DNA of 64,000 nt from Cyanobacteriota bacterium. GTDB lineage: Bacteria > Cyanobacteriota > Cyanobacteriia > PCC-6307 > Cyanobiaceae. A program made the translations under genes and the position numbers. This document shows positions 29,187 through 38,919 of the stretch, in pieces. How positions within the stretch are numbered: the first letter of the stretch is position 1; every line of letters begins with the position of its first letter. The notes below the pieces were generated by a model. That model saw nothing but the letters and a program-made list of their open reading frames with translations, had not been told where the DNA came from and did not search any database. Location: positions 192,001 through 256,000 of the forward strand of contig JBJOMY010000005.1 of assembly GCA_046052125.1 (NCBI GenBank). Direction: 5' to 3'.

Positions 29187-31112
29187 ATGGCCTCGGTGCG
29201 CACCAGCCCTGCCCCCCTCTCCGCCGAGCTGGTGTTGGGCAAGACCCCCAGCATCAAAGAACCCAAGCTTCTCGGCGGCGTTCTCTACTGGCTGGAGCAG
29301 CGCCCTCAGGAGCAGGGCCGCACCACCTTGATGGCCCGCCGCAGCCCCGATCAAGCGGCCGTGGAGCTCACGCCAGGGGCTTGGAACCTGCGTTGCCGCG
29401 TCCATGAATACGGAGGCGGTGCCTGCGCCATCGGCCGCCTGGGCAGCGGTGAGCCCGTTGCCGTGTTCGTACACGACGCTGATCGCTGCCTCTGGCTGCT
29501 CTCCCTGAGTGGCGACAACCCACAACCCCAACGGCTCACCCCACCCGGCAGCGACGACCGCTTCCCTGGAGCCCTCGGTGGCGGCGTGATCGATCCCAGC
29601 CACAACCGCTGGATCGGTGTTGTGGAAGCCGATGGCCAGGATCAGCTAGTGGCCGTGTCGCTGCGGGGCGGTGAACCACAGCCGCTGCACAGTCCGGCGG
29701 ATTTCTGCGGCTACCCCGCCCTCAGCCCGAGCGGACGGCAGCTGGCCTGGGTGGAGTGGCAGCAGCCCTGCATGCCCTGGGACCGCAGCCAGCTCTGGCT
29801 GGCCGAGATCCAGCCCGATGGAAGCCTCGCTTCAGCTCGAGCCATCGCTGGCTCGACGCCGACGGATGCCCAGGGCTGCTCGGTGTTTCAGCCGATCTGG
29901 GCCGGAGGCGATCTGGTGGTGAGCCATGACCGCAGCGGTTTCTGGAACCTGGAGCGCTGGGCTGGAGCCGATGGAGCCTCCGCTGCAGAGCCCCAATGGC
30001 AGCCGCTGTTGCCGATGCAGGCGGACTTCGCCATGCCCCAATGGGTGTTCGGCATGAGCACCCATGCCTGGGATGGTGAGCGCCTCGTGGCGATCTGCTG
30101 CCGCGAAGGCAGCTGGAAGCTGGGCGCACTAACGCTGCCCAGCGAGCCGAGCAGCACTGCCGCGTGGCAGGCGATCGGGACACCCTTCAGCGATCTCGCC
30201 GATCTCTGTGCGGAAGCAGGGCAGCTCGCGTGTGTGGCCAGCAGCGCCACAGAACCCTCGGGCCTGCTGGAGCTGACCTTGAGCAGTGGCCAGTGGCGGC
30301 ATCAACCCGCCGCCCCCTGTCCCGTGCCAGCCGAGGCGATCAGCCAGGCGCAGCAGCTCTGGTTCGAGGGCCACGGCGGCATGCGCACCCACGCCTGGTT
30401 TTACCCGCCGGCCGGCGGGGGCCACCCTGAGGCACCTCTGCTGGTGAAGAGCCACAGCGGCCCAACCAGCATGGCCCGCACGGGACTGAGCCTGGGCATT
30501 CAGTTCTGGACGTCCCGGGGCTGGGGCGTGGTGGATGTGAATTACGGCGGCTCCACCGGTTTCGGCCGCGCCTACCGCGAACGGCTCGATGGCCAGTGGG
30601 GCGTGGTGGATGTGGCCGACTGCGCGGCCGCTGCCGACACCTTGGTGGCCCAGGGGCTCGCCAGCGCGGAACGCATCGCCATCGAAGGGGGAAGCGCCGG
30701 TGGCTTCACCACCCTCGCCGCCCTGTGCTTCACCTCCACTTTCCGCGCCGGCGCCAGCCGCTACGGCGTCGCCGATCTCAGCTCCCTGGCCGCCGACACC
30801 CATCGCTTTGAGGCTCGCTATCTCGACAGCCTCGTCGGGCCCTGGCCCGTAGCGAAGGCCACCTACGACGCGCGCTCGCCGCTGCAGCATGCCGGCCGCA
30901 TCCGCTGTCCGGTGATTTTTTTTCAGGGGCTCGAGGATCTGGTGGTGCCACCGGAGCAAACCGAGCGGATGGCTGCAGCCCTTGAGGCCAACGGCGTGCC
31001 GGTGGAGGTGCACCTCTTCGCCGATGAAGGCCATGGCTTCCGCAACGGAGCCACCCAGATCCAGGTGCTGGAAGCCACGGAAGCGTTTTTCCGCCGCCAC
31101 TTTCAGCTGTGA
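29187..31112 (+). CDS. S9 (prolyl oligopeptidase family) peptidase
   Basis: Propeller-like N-terminus; GGSAGG nucleophile elbow, D(LVVP) and EGHGF. Confidence 0.92.
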   Translation: MASVRTSPAPLSAELVLGKTPSIKEPKLLGGVLYWLEQRPQEQGRTTLMARRSPDQAAVELTPGAWNLRCRVHEYGGGACAIGRLGSGEPVAVFVHDADRCLWLLSLSGDNPQPQRLTPPGSDDRFPGALGGGVIDPSHNRWIGVVEADGQDQLVAVSLRGGEPQPLHSPADFCGYPALSPSGRQLAWVEWQQPCMPWDRSQLWLAEIQPDGSLASARAIAGSTPTDAQGCSVFQPIWAGGDLVVSHDRSGFWNLERWAGADGASAAEPQWQPLLPMQADFAMPQWVFGMSTHAWDGERLVAICCREGSWKLGALTLPSEPSSTAAWQAIGTPFSDLADLCAEAGQLACVASSATEPSGLLELTLSSGQWRHQPAAPCPVPAEAISQAQQLWFEGHGGMRTHAWFYPPAGGGHPEAPLLVKSHSGPTSMARTGLSLGIQFWTSRGWGVVDVNYGGSTGFGRAYRERLDGQWGVVDVADCAAAADTLVAQGLASAERIAIEGGSAGGFTTLAALCFTSTFRAGASRYGVADLSSLAADTHRFEARYLDSLVGPWPVAKATYDARSPLQHAGRIRCPVIFFQGLEDLVVPPEQTERMAAALEANGVPVEVHLFADEGHGFRNGATQIQVLEATEAFFRRHFQL

Positions 31113-31139
31113 GCCGGCAACCGTTGCCAAGGGGGCGCC

Positions 31140-32537
31140 ATGACTGAACTGCTGCCGGGCAGCTGGAGCGTCGGCACCTTCCACGAACTGGCCTGGCTGG
31201 CCCTAGCTGGATCTGTGCTCAGCCTGATCCTCGCGGCAGGCCGCCGCATTGGCCGGCGCTTGCAGCTGCGGCTCTGGGGTGTGCCCGAGGCGCTGGTGGC
31301 GGGGCTGATTGGGCTGCTGATGGCGCCCTCTGGATTGCTGCCCCTACTGCCCGATCACCTGATGGAGCTGTGGGGAGATCTGCCGCTGGTGTTGCTCACA
31401 CTCGTGTTCGGTTCGTTGATGCTCGGCAAACCGTTGCCGAAGCTCGGCGGGCTCTGGCGCCCGGTGAGCGGCCAAGTGTGTTTGGCCTTGGTGCTGGCCT
31501 TCGGGCAATACGTGGTGGGCGGACTGGCCGTGCTGCTGGTGCTCCAACCCCTGCTGGGCGTGAGTCCGGTGATGGCCTGCCTGATTGAGGTGGCCTACGA
31601 GGGCGGCCATGGGTCCGCCGCTGCGATGGGGCCGAGCTACGCGGCCCTGGGATTTCCAGGTGGCCAGGATCTCGGCCTGGCGATGGCCACCGTTGGCCTG
31701 CTGAGCTCCACCCTGATCGGCGGCGTGGTGGTGGTGGTGGGCCGGCAACGGGGTTGGCTATTGGCCCAGGTCACGCCAACGAGCTCAGAGCTCGCTGCGT
31801 CCCCAGCTGCGGATGGCTCCTCCAGCCCAGCCTCGCCAGCCCCCAGGCCCCCTTGGGCCGCCTGGGCCGTGAACCTTGGCCTGGTTGGCATCGCCGTGTT
31901 GATCGGCGTGGTGCTGCTGCAACTCGTGCAACTCGGCACCGATGCGATCGGCGGGGGCGTCGCCGAAGTGGGCCAATCCCTGCCGGTGTTCCCACTGGCG
32001 ATCATCGGTTCGCTGTTGGTGCGCTGGCTGCTCGAGCGGAGCAGCAACAGCCACTGGGCTTCCGCACCGATTCAAAGCGAAATCGGCACCCTCTCGGCCG
32101 ACCTGTTGATCACCTCAGCCACGGCCTGCCTCAACCTGGCCTTGCTGGCAACCGACTGGTTACCGCTCACGGTGCTGGCGCTGGCCGGGCTCACCTGGAA
32201 TCTGGGTGTCACGTTGCTGTTGGCTCCGCGACTGCTGCCCGCCGATTGGTTCGAGCGGGCGGTGCTGGAGTTCGGCCAGGCCACCGGTGTGGCGGCCTCG
32301 GGCCTGCTGCTGCTGCGCATGGCCGATCCGGATGACCACAGCCAGGCCCTGCCGGCATTTTCCCTGAAACAACTGATGCTGCAGCCGTTCCTGGCCGGCG
32401 GTGTTGTCACCGTGGTGGCCCCCCTGGCGGTGGTGGGCTGGGGCCTGCCCACCTGGACAGGCTTTTGCTTCACTCTGGTGGTGCTGGCTGGGGGCACCGG
32501 ACTGCTCTTGAACCAGCTGGGCCGGCGCCCTGGTTAG
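31140..32537 (+). CDS. gltS: Sodium/glutamate symporter family protein
   Basis: Multi-TM protein with EGGHGSAAAM and FGQATG motifs. Confidence 0.8.
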   Translation: MTELLPGSWSVGTFHELAWLALAGSVLSLILAAGRRIGRRLQLRLWGVPEALVAGLIGLLMAPSGLLPLLPDHLMELWGDLPLVLLTLVFGSLMLGKPLPKLGGLWRPVSGQVCLALVLAFGQYVVGGLAVLLVLQPLLGVSPVMACLIEVAYEGGHGSAAAMGPSYAALGFPGGQDLGLAMATVGLLSSTLIGGVVVVVGRQRGWLLAQVTPTSSELAASPAADGSSSPASPAPRPPWAAWAVNLGLVGIAVLIGVVLLQLVQLGTDAIGGGVAEVGQSLPVFPLAIIGSLLVRWLLERSSNSHWASAPIQSEIGTLSADLLITSATACLNLALLATDWLPLTVLALAGLTWNLGVTLLLAPRLLPADWFERAVLEFGQATGVAASGLLLLRMADPDDHSQALPAFSLKQLMLQPFLAGGVVTVVAPLAVVGWGLPTWTGFCFTLVVLAGGTGLLLNQLGRRPG

Positions 32538-33193
32538 TTGCCGTAAAGCAGCGTGCGGAACTGATGGCGCACCTGGTCCATCTGCTCGGTGCTGAGCAGC
32601 GGAGGCTCCCCGATGGCCCTGGCCTGGAGGTAGATGCGAGCGAGGGTTTCCACCTCCACGGCCAAGGCCAGAGCTCGCTCGAGCGTGGGGCCGACCACCA
32701 CCTGGCCGTGCTGGGCCATCAGGCAGGCCAGCCGTCCCTGCAGGGCTTCCACCACACCATCGGAGAGCTCCTGCGTGCCGAAGGTGGCGTAGGGAGCGCA
32801 GCGGATGTCGTGGCCACCGGCCACGGCAATCATGTAGTGGAAGGGTGGGATGCCGCGGCCATGGCAAGCCAGGGCGGTGGCGTGAATCGAATGGCAGTGC
32901 AGCACCGCCTGCACCTCCGGCCGGCTGGCCAGCACGTCCGCGTGCAGCCGCCACTCCGAGGAGGGCCGGCGCTGCGGGCGCCCAGGCTCAGCGCTCACCA
33001 GCGGCTTGCCCTCCAGATCCAGGGCCACCAGATCACCGGGCTGCATCAGCTCGTAGGGCAGCGAGCTGGGGGTAATCAGCATCCCGCCGGGGATGCGAGC
33101 CGAGAGATTGCCGGATGTGCCCTGGTTGATGCCGCTGGCCTGCATGCGCCGCGCCACGGTCACCAACTGCTCGCGCAGCTCCTGTTCAGTCAT
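32534..33193 (-). CDS. Class II aldolase (FucA/Ald2-like)
   Basis: GTSGNLS, ITPSS, PSSEWRLH, HCHS and QHG motifs. Confidence 0.9.
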   Translation of the reverse strand: MTEQELREQLVTVARRMQASGINQGTSGNLSARIPGGMLITPSSLPYELMQPGDLVALDLEGKPLVSAEPGRPQRRPSSEWRLHADVLASRPEVQAVLHCHSIHATALACHGRGIPPFHYMIAVAGGHDIRCAPYATFGTQELSDGVVEALQGRLACLMAQHGQVVVGPTLERALALAVEVETLARIYLQARAIGEPPLLSTEQMDQVRHQFRTLLYGN

Positions 33194-34310
33194 TGGCGTA
33201 CAGCCCCCTGAGGCCAGCTTCGCTGGCGGGCGCCACACCGCGCTCGGTGATCAAGGCTGTCACCAGCCGCGCTGGCGTCACATCGAAAGCCGGATTGAAG
33301 CCCTCACTGCCATCCGGTGTGAGCTGCACCTGGGCCAGCTCGCCTGCGGCGGCGCCAGCCTGCACACGCCCCTGGATGTGCGTCACCTCCGCCGCGCTGC
33401 GGGCTTCGATCGGGATTTCTGCTACGCCGTCGTCGATGCTCCAGTCGATGGTGGAGGCGGGTAGAGCCACGTAGAAGGGCACGCCGTTGTCGTGGGCCGC
33501 CAGAGCCTTGAGATAGGTGCCGATCTTGTTGCACACATCGCCGCGGCGGGTAGTGCGGTCGGTGCCCACGATCACCGCATCCACCTGGCCGTGCTGCATC
33601 AGATGACCGCCGGCGTTGTCGACGATCACCGTGTGCGGCACGCCCTCACGGCCCAACTCGTAGGCGGTGAGGGAGGCACCCTGGTTCCGCGGCCGGGTTT
33701 CATCCACCCACACATGGATGTTGAGACCGGCGCGGTGAGCCTTGTAGATCGGCGCCAGGGCCGTGCCCCAATCCACCGTGGCGAGCCAGCCCGCATTGCA
33801 GTGGGTGAGCACATTGAAGGGCTGGCCTTGCCGCTCAGGGGGCCGTGCCGCCGCCAGCTTCTGGAAGATCGCCAGGCCGTGGTCGCCGATCGCTTCGCAC
33901 ATGGCCACGTCTTCATCGGCGATGGCTGCGGCCTCGCGTTTGGCCGCCTCCGCCCGATCAGCGGGAGCCAGCGGCAGCACAAGCTCATGAACGCGCTCCA
34001 GCGCCCAGCGCAGATTCACCGCCGTAGGCCGGGTGGCGTTGAGCTGCTCAAACGCTGCCGCCAGCGATGCATCACTGGGATCGCGCTGCAACGCCAGCAT
34101 CAGGCCGTAGGCACCGGTCACACCGATCAGCGGCGCACCGCGCACCACCATGCTGCGGATCGCCTCTGCCGCTTCATCGCAGTTGCGCAGCGTGCGGGTG
34201 GTGAAGCGATGGGGCAGCACGGTCTGATCGATCACGCCCACCGCATCAGCGCCTGATCCGGCGCCCTCCTCCAGCCAGATCGTGCGCCAGGCCTTGCCAT
34301 CGATCTTCAT
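33186..34310 (-). CDS. mtnA: Methylthioribose-1-phosphate isomerase
   Basis: VRGAPLIG, RPTAVNL, LTHCNAGWLAT, ETRP, NKIGTY and NPAFDVTP motifs. Confidence 0.96.
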   Translation of the reverse strand: MKIDGKAWRTIWLEEGAGSGADAVGVIDQTVLPHRFTTRTLRNCDEAAEAIRSMVVRGAPLIGVTGAYGLMLALQRDPSDASLAAAFEQLNATRPTAVNLRWALERVHELVLPLAPADRAEAAKREAAAIADEDVAMCEAIGDHGLAIFQKLAAARPPERQGQPFNVLTHCNAGWLATVDWGTALAPIYKAHRAGLNIHVWVDETRPRNQGASLTAYELGREGVPHTVIVDNAGGHLMQHGQVDAVIVGTDRTTRRGDVCNKIGTYLKALAAHDNGVPFYVALPASTIDWSIDDGVAEIPIEARSAAEVTHIQGRVQAGAAAGELAQVQLTPDGSEGFNPAFDVTPARLVTALITERGVAPASEAGLRGLYAND

Positions 34311-34366
34311 GGGGGTGCAGCGCTGGGGCGAATCGTCCATGCTGCCCTCCGACCGCACCTGCACCG

Positions 34367-35380
34367 ATGCCCCTGCGCCGCCGCCAGCTGCTGCAGCTCG
34401 CCGCCGCCGGGGCCGCAAGCACGGGGCTCTGGCTGCTGGATCAACAGCGCTCCCCCGTGGTGGCCGCAGCGCGGGCCGACCTGCGCATCGGCCTGATCAG
34501 CGACCTCAACAGCAGCTACGGCTCCACCACCTACATCCCCCAGGTGAGCCAGGGGCTGCAGCAGCTGTTGGCCCTGCAGCCTCAGATCATGGTGTGCGCG
34601 GGCGACATGGTGGCCGGCCAGAAGCCGGGGCTCAGCAGCAGCCAGCTCGATGCGATGTGGGAGGGCTTTGCCCGCACCGTGCTCACGCCGGTGCGCCAGG
34701 CGGGCATGCCCTTGCTGGTGGCCGTGGGCAACCACGATGGATCGCCGGGCTTCAGCGCCGACCGCGAAGCGCTGCGCCGCTTCTGGGCACCACGCCGCCA
34801 AGCGCTCGGGCTGCAGTTCGTGGATGGGGCCAACTTCCCGTTCCACTACAGCGCCTTGCAGAACGATGTGTTCTGGCTGGTGTGGGATGCCAGTTCCAGC
34901 CAGGTGCCCGCCAGCCAACTGGCCTGGGCCCGCCAACAGCTGGCCAGCCCCCGCGCACAACAAGCGAAGTTGCGCCTGGTGGTGGGCCATCTCCCCCTAT
35001 TTGGGGTGAGCCAGGGCCGCGACCGTGCCGGTGAAGTGCTCGATCAGTCGGCCGCGGTGCTGGCGCTGCTCGAGGCCGGGCGCGTGCAGGGCTATATCAG
35101 CGGCCATCAGCACGCCTGGTTCCCCGCCCGGCGCGGCCAGCTCGATCTGATTCAGCTCGGCGCCATGGGCAGCGGTCCCCGACGACTGCTGCAGGGAGGC
35201 ATCCCCCCCCAGCAGACCTACACCACGCTCGACATCAACTGGCGTAACGGCTCCCTACGGGAGACCACCTATGCCGTGGGTTCAGGCCAGCCGGTGGCCT
35301 GGAGCCGTCTACCCGCCTCGCTCACAGGCAGGTCAGGCGCGATCGAGCGCAACGTTCAGGAACGGTCGATCCGCCGGTAA
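34367..35380 (+). CDS. Calcineurin-like metallophosphoesterase with probable Tat signal
   Basis: RRRQLL N-terminus; SDLN, AGD, GNHD, GHLP and GHQH motifs. Confidence 0.85.
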   Translation: MPLRRRQLLQLAAAGAASTGLWLLDQQRSPVVAAARADLRIGLISDLNSSYGSTTYIPQVSQGLQQLLALQPQIMVCAGDMVAGQKPGLSSSQLDAMWEGFARTVLTPVRQAGMPLLVAVGNHDGSPGFSADREALRRFWAPRRQALGLQFVDGANFPFHYSALQNDVFWLVWDASSSQVPASQLAWARQQLASPRAQQAKLRLVVGHLPLFGVSQGRDRAGEVLDQSAAVLALLEAGRVQGYISGHQHAWFPARRGQLDLIQLGAMGSGPRRLLQGGIPPQQTYTTLDINWRNGSLRETTYAVGSGQPVAWSRLPASLTGRSGAIERNVQERSIRR

Positions 35381-35895
35381 CCAAACCAATCGGGCACCTG
35401 CGCCTGACTGGCGCCCTCGGGATGGGGGCTCAGCTGCACATGCCAGCGCTCACCCCCGATCAGCTCCAGTTGCTCGATAGCCAGGCAGTCATCCACAGAG
35501 CAAAGGTCGTCTTTGTGCGCTTGCAGCGCACCCACCAGCCAGCGGCGTTTCGCCGAGGCTTTGGCCGCCTGGGGTGAAGTGGCCACCACCACCCCGAAGT
35601 GATGCAGCTCCGCGAGCGAATCGGGGCGGTAAGCGCCCAGGTTCACAAACCAGAGCCGCTCAGGCCGGGGCGCAGACGGTTCGCGCCCCAGGCTCACCGT
35701 CCAGCCATCGATCGCCCGCACCGCCATGTAGCTGTCCAAGTGCAGGCCCTCACGCCTCCCGAACCACTGGCGCCGCAGCTCCGGAAGGGTGTCATCGATC
35801 GTGGCGCCCGCCACGAAGCGCACGTCGTGCAGTTCGATCAGGCTGGTGGCGGTGCGGCCGCCCAGCACCGCCAAAAACAACACAGGCCCCGTCAC
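35356..35895 (-). CDS. DUF1543 domain protein (two tandem copies); start approximate
   Basis: LGG...ELHDVRFV...HLDS and VNLGAY...ELHHFGVVVA...HKDD. Confidence 0.8.
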   Translation of the reverse strand: MTGPVLFLAVLGGRTATSLIELHDVRFVAGATIDDTLPELRRQWFGRREGLHLDSYMAVRAIDGWTVSLGREPSAPRPERLWFVNLGAYRPDSLAELHHFGVVVATSPQAAKASAKRRWLVGALQAHKDDLCSVDDCLAIEQLELIGGERWHVQLSPHPEGASQAQVPDWFGYRRIDRS

Positions 35896-35927
35896 AGGAC
35901 AATGCAGACGAGGGGAAAGCATGGGAC

Positions 35928-36755
35928 ATGGCGGCGTACATCCACGGCACCAGCCCCCGCGAGCAACAGCGCCTGATCGACCAGGCCGAGCAGCTGAGCG
36001 CGCTGCTGAACGCCAATCTCGCCTTGAAGCCTGGGGAGAAACTGCTGGAGATCGGTTGCGGCGTTGGCGCCGTACTGGGCCAGATCGGCATGGCTCACCC
36101 TGACGCCCAGCTATTGGGGATCGACATCAGCCCCGCACAAATCGAAGCCGCCAAACGCCATCTCCAGGGCCTTGGCCTCGAGCGGGTTGAGCTGATCGTT
36201 GGCGATGGCGCGGCACTGCCCTGGCCCGCCAATGAGATCGACCGGGTCCGACTGGTGTGGGTAATGGAGCACCTAAGCGAACCTTTAGCCGTACTGCGGG
36301 AGGCGCAGCGGGTGCTGAGGCCCGGCGGCACGATTCACCTCACCGAAACCGACTACGCCAGCCTGCGAGTTTCACCCCCGGATGCGGCGATCGAGGCGAT
36401 GCTGCGGGCCTTCATCTCCCATTTCAACCGCCACGGCGATGCCCATGCCGGTCCGCGACTGGGCCCCTGGCTAGAGCAGAGCGGCTTCTGCAACGTCAAC
36501 GTTGAGATGGTGGGCATCCATCACTGGTGCCCCAGCCAGCGCAACGCGGTAGCGGGGTTCTCCAGCTATTTGCTGGAGTTCATCCGTCCTGAGCTGCCGG
36601 CACTGATGGCAGCGGCCTCTAACAGCCTCGAAGCAGAGGCGATCTCCGCTGGTGCGGAGCGTTTTGCGCAGCTAGCTGAGCAACCGGATGGGGCGCTGAG
36701 TCTCAGCCTGTATCAGGCGCGAGCGATGAAACCGCGCCCAAGCTCGCCAGGCTGA
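35928..36755 (+). CDS. Class I SAM-dependent methyltransferase
   Basis: YIHG...EQQRL, LLEIGCGVG, GIDIS and RVLRPGG motifs. Confidence 0.88.
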   Translation: MAAYIHGTSPREQQRLIDQAEQLSALLNANLALKPGEKLLEIGCGVGAVLGQIGMAHPDAQLLGIDISPAQIEAAKRHLQGLGLERVELIVGDGAALPWPANEIDRVRLVWVMEHLSEPLAVLREAQRVLRPGGTIHLTETDYASLRVSPPDAAIEAMLRAFISHFNRHGDAHAGPRLGPWLEQSGFCNVNVEMVGIHHWCPSQRNAVAGFSSYLLEFIRPELPALMAAASNSLEAEAISAGAERFAQLAEQPDGALSLSLYQARAMKPRPSSPG

Positions 36756-36756
36756 G

Positions 36757-36900
36757 GCCAGCGAGCTGGAATTGACCCGTACCGATTTGGAGCGCATCGC
36801 GGGGCTCGATCAGCACCACCGTTTTGTGGATGGCAGTTTTTGGGAACTGCCCAATGAGCCCGACAGGCGCGCGACACTCTGGGATGAGCCGGTGGCCTGA
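36757..36900 (+). pseudogene. Probable C-terminal remnant of an aldo/keto reductase
   Basis: Frame reads ASELELTRTDLERIAGLDQHHRFVDGSFWELPNEPDRRATLWDEPVA-stop; in-frame stop at 36727 upstream. Confidence 0.6.
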
Positions 36901-36913
36901 GCAGGGGCGCAGC

Positions 36914-37633
36914 ATGGATTTCTTTGAGCGGCAATGGAGCTCCTATCGGGCCGTGGTGGAGCACGACCTGATGGAGCACCGGGCCGCAGCAAGCGCCGTG
37001 GCCACGGCGTTGCAGCAATGGCTCGCGCAGCGGCCCGCCGAAGCAGCCGCACCCGCCCTCATCGATCTGGGCTGCGGAGACTTGGCCCTGCTGGCACCGC
37101 TGCTGCGGGAGCTGCCGCTAGGCCGCTACACGGGTCTCGATCTGGCGGCGGTGGTGCTGCCCCTGGCTGAGCAGGCGTTAGGGACAGTGGGTTACGCAAC
37201 CCACTGGCGCGAAGGCGATTTGCTCGGCTGGTCCGAAGCCCAAGACGGCGCTGACCCCGCCCTCGATCAGCCCGACATCCTGCACTCCGCCTTCGCCATT
37301 CATCACCTCAGCGACGCGCAAAAGAGCAGGTTTCTCGAGGGAGCCCGCCGGCGCATTCAGCCCGGCGGCCTCTTCCTCTGGGTGGATGTGTTCCGCGAAT
37401 CCGCTGAATCACGCGATGCCTACATCGCCCGCTACTGCCAGCGGATTTCCAGCTCCTGGCCGCAGCTGAACGCGGAGCAACAGGAGCACGTGATCGCCCA
37501 TCTCAGCCAGTTCGACCTCCCCGCTGATCGAGCCGCGATCCAGGAGTGCGCCGAGGCAGCGGGGTGGCGCTGGCAGTGGGCCTGGCAGGGCCAGCACCGC
37601 GCTGAGGCGATGGCGGTGCTCACACCGGCCTAG
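36914..37633 (+). CDS. Class I SAM-dependent methyltransferase
   Basis: LIDLGCGD, YTGLDL, FAIHHL and PGGLFLWVD motifs. Confidence 0.88.
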   Translation: MDFFERQWSSYRAVVEHDLMEHRAAASAVATALQQWLAQRPAEAAAPALIDLGCGDLALLAPLLRELPLGRYTGLDLAAVVLPLAEQALGTVGYATHWREGDLLGWSEAQDGADPALDQPDILHSAFAIHHLSDAQKSRFLEGARRRIQPGGLFLWVDVFRESAESRDAYIARYCQRISSSWPQLNAEQQEHVIAHLSQFDLPADRAAIQECAEAAGWRWQWAWQGQHRAEAMAVLTPA

Positions 37634-38919
37634 CTGTGTTCGCGCAGGAAGCTGATCGAACCCTGGAGCTCTTCGGCGAAGCGATCGATCTCCTCGAAGG
37701 TGGTGGTGAAGCTGAGGCTGGCCCGCGCTGACGCGCTCAGGCCGTAATGACGGTGCAGGGGCTGGGTGCAGTGATGGCCGCTGCGGATGCAGATCCCCGC
37801 TGAATCCAACAGTGCCGAAAGGTCGTTGGCGTGCACACCCTCCACGTGGAAGGCCGCCAGGGCAGCGCGATCGGGCTGCTGATCGGGCGTGGGCCCAAGG
37901 ATGCGTAGCCCATCAATGCCTTGCAGTCGCTCAAACAGGTGCCGGGTGAGCTGCTGCTCCCAGGCGTGGATGCGCTCAAGGCCAATCGCATGGAGGTAGT
38001 CGATGGCGGCGCCCATGCCGATCGCCTCGCCGATGGCAGGCGTGCCGGCCTCAAATTTGTGGGGGAGCCCGGCCCAGGTGCTGTGGTCGAGGTAGACGTC
38101 CTGGATCATTTCGCCACCTCCCAGAAATGGGGGCATGGCCTCAAGCAACGCCTCGCGGCCCCAAAGGAAGCCCATACCGGTGGGACCGCACAACTTGTGG
38201 GAACTGCCCACGAGGAAATCGGCGCCCAGCTCGCGCACGTTCACCGGCAGGTGCGGAAGGCTTTGGCAGGCATCTACCAGCACCAGGGCGCCGGCCGCAT
38301 GGGCCAGGGCCGCCACCTCGGCGATGGGGTTGAGGCATCCCAGGGTGTTGCTCACCTGCACCAGGCTCACCAGCCGGGTGCGCTCGCTGATCTTGCTGCG
38401 CAGATCCTCGAGATCCAGCTCGCCGCTCTCGTTGAGGCCGGCATGGCGCAGCACGCAACCGGTGCGATCGGCCAACAACTGCCAGGGCACCAGGTTGCTG
38501 TGGTGCTCCATCACCGTGAGCAACACCTCATCGCCGGGGCGCAGGTTGGCTTCGCCCCAGCTGCGGGCCACCAGGTTGATGGCCTCGCTGGCGTTGCGGG
38601 TGAACACGATTTCGTTGGGGCTGATCGCGCCCACGAAACCCGCCGCCTTAGCGCGTGCCCCTTCAAAACCTTCGGTGGCGCGGGCGCTCAGCTGATGGGC
38701 GCCGCGGTGCACGTTGGCGTTGTCGTGGTCGTAGTAGTGCTGCAACGCCTCAAGCACCTGCCGCGGCTTTTGGCTGGTGGCGGCGTGATCGAGGTAGATC
38801 AGCGGCTGGCCTAAGCAGGCGGTTTGCGCCAGCAGCGGGAAGTCGGGTCGGGTGAGAGCCGCCAGGTTCTCGGACTGCGCCGCAGCGGGAGCAGGAGGAG
38901 CGGAGAGGGTGGTGGTCAT
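37630..38919 (-). CDS. sufS: SufS cysteine desulfurase
   Basis: YLDHAATSQKP, EHHSN, SSHK and RSGHHC motifs. Confidence 0.96.
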   Translation of the reverse strand: MTTTLSAPPAPAAAQSENLAALTRPDFPLLAQTACLGQPLIYLDHAATSQKPRQVLEALQHYYDHDNANVHRGAHQLSARATEGFEGARAKAAGFVGAISPNEIVFTRNASEAINLVARSWGEANLRPGDEVLLTVMEHHSNLVPWQLLADRTGCVLRHAGLNESGELDLEDLRSKISERTRLVSLVQVSNTLGCLNPIAEVAALAHAAGALVLVDACQSLPHLPVNVRELGADFLVGSSHKLCGPTGMGFLWGREALLEAMPPFLGGGEMIQDVYLDHSTWAGLPHKFEAGTPAIGEAIGMGAAIDYLHAIGLERIHAWEQQLTRHLFERLQGIDGLRILGPTPDQQPDRAALAAFHVEGVHANDLSALLDSAGICIRSGHHCTQPLHRHYGLSASARASLSFTTTFEEIDRFAEELQGSISFLREHS

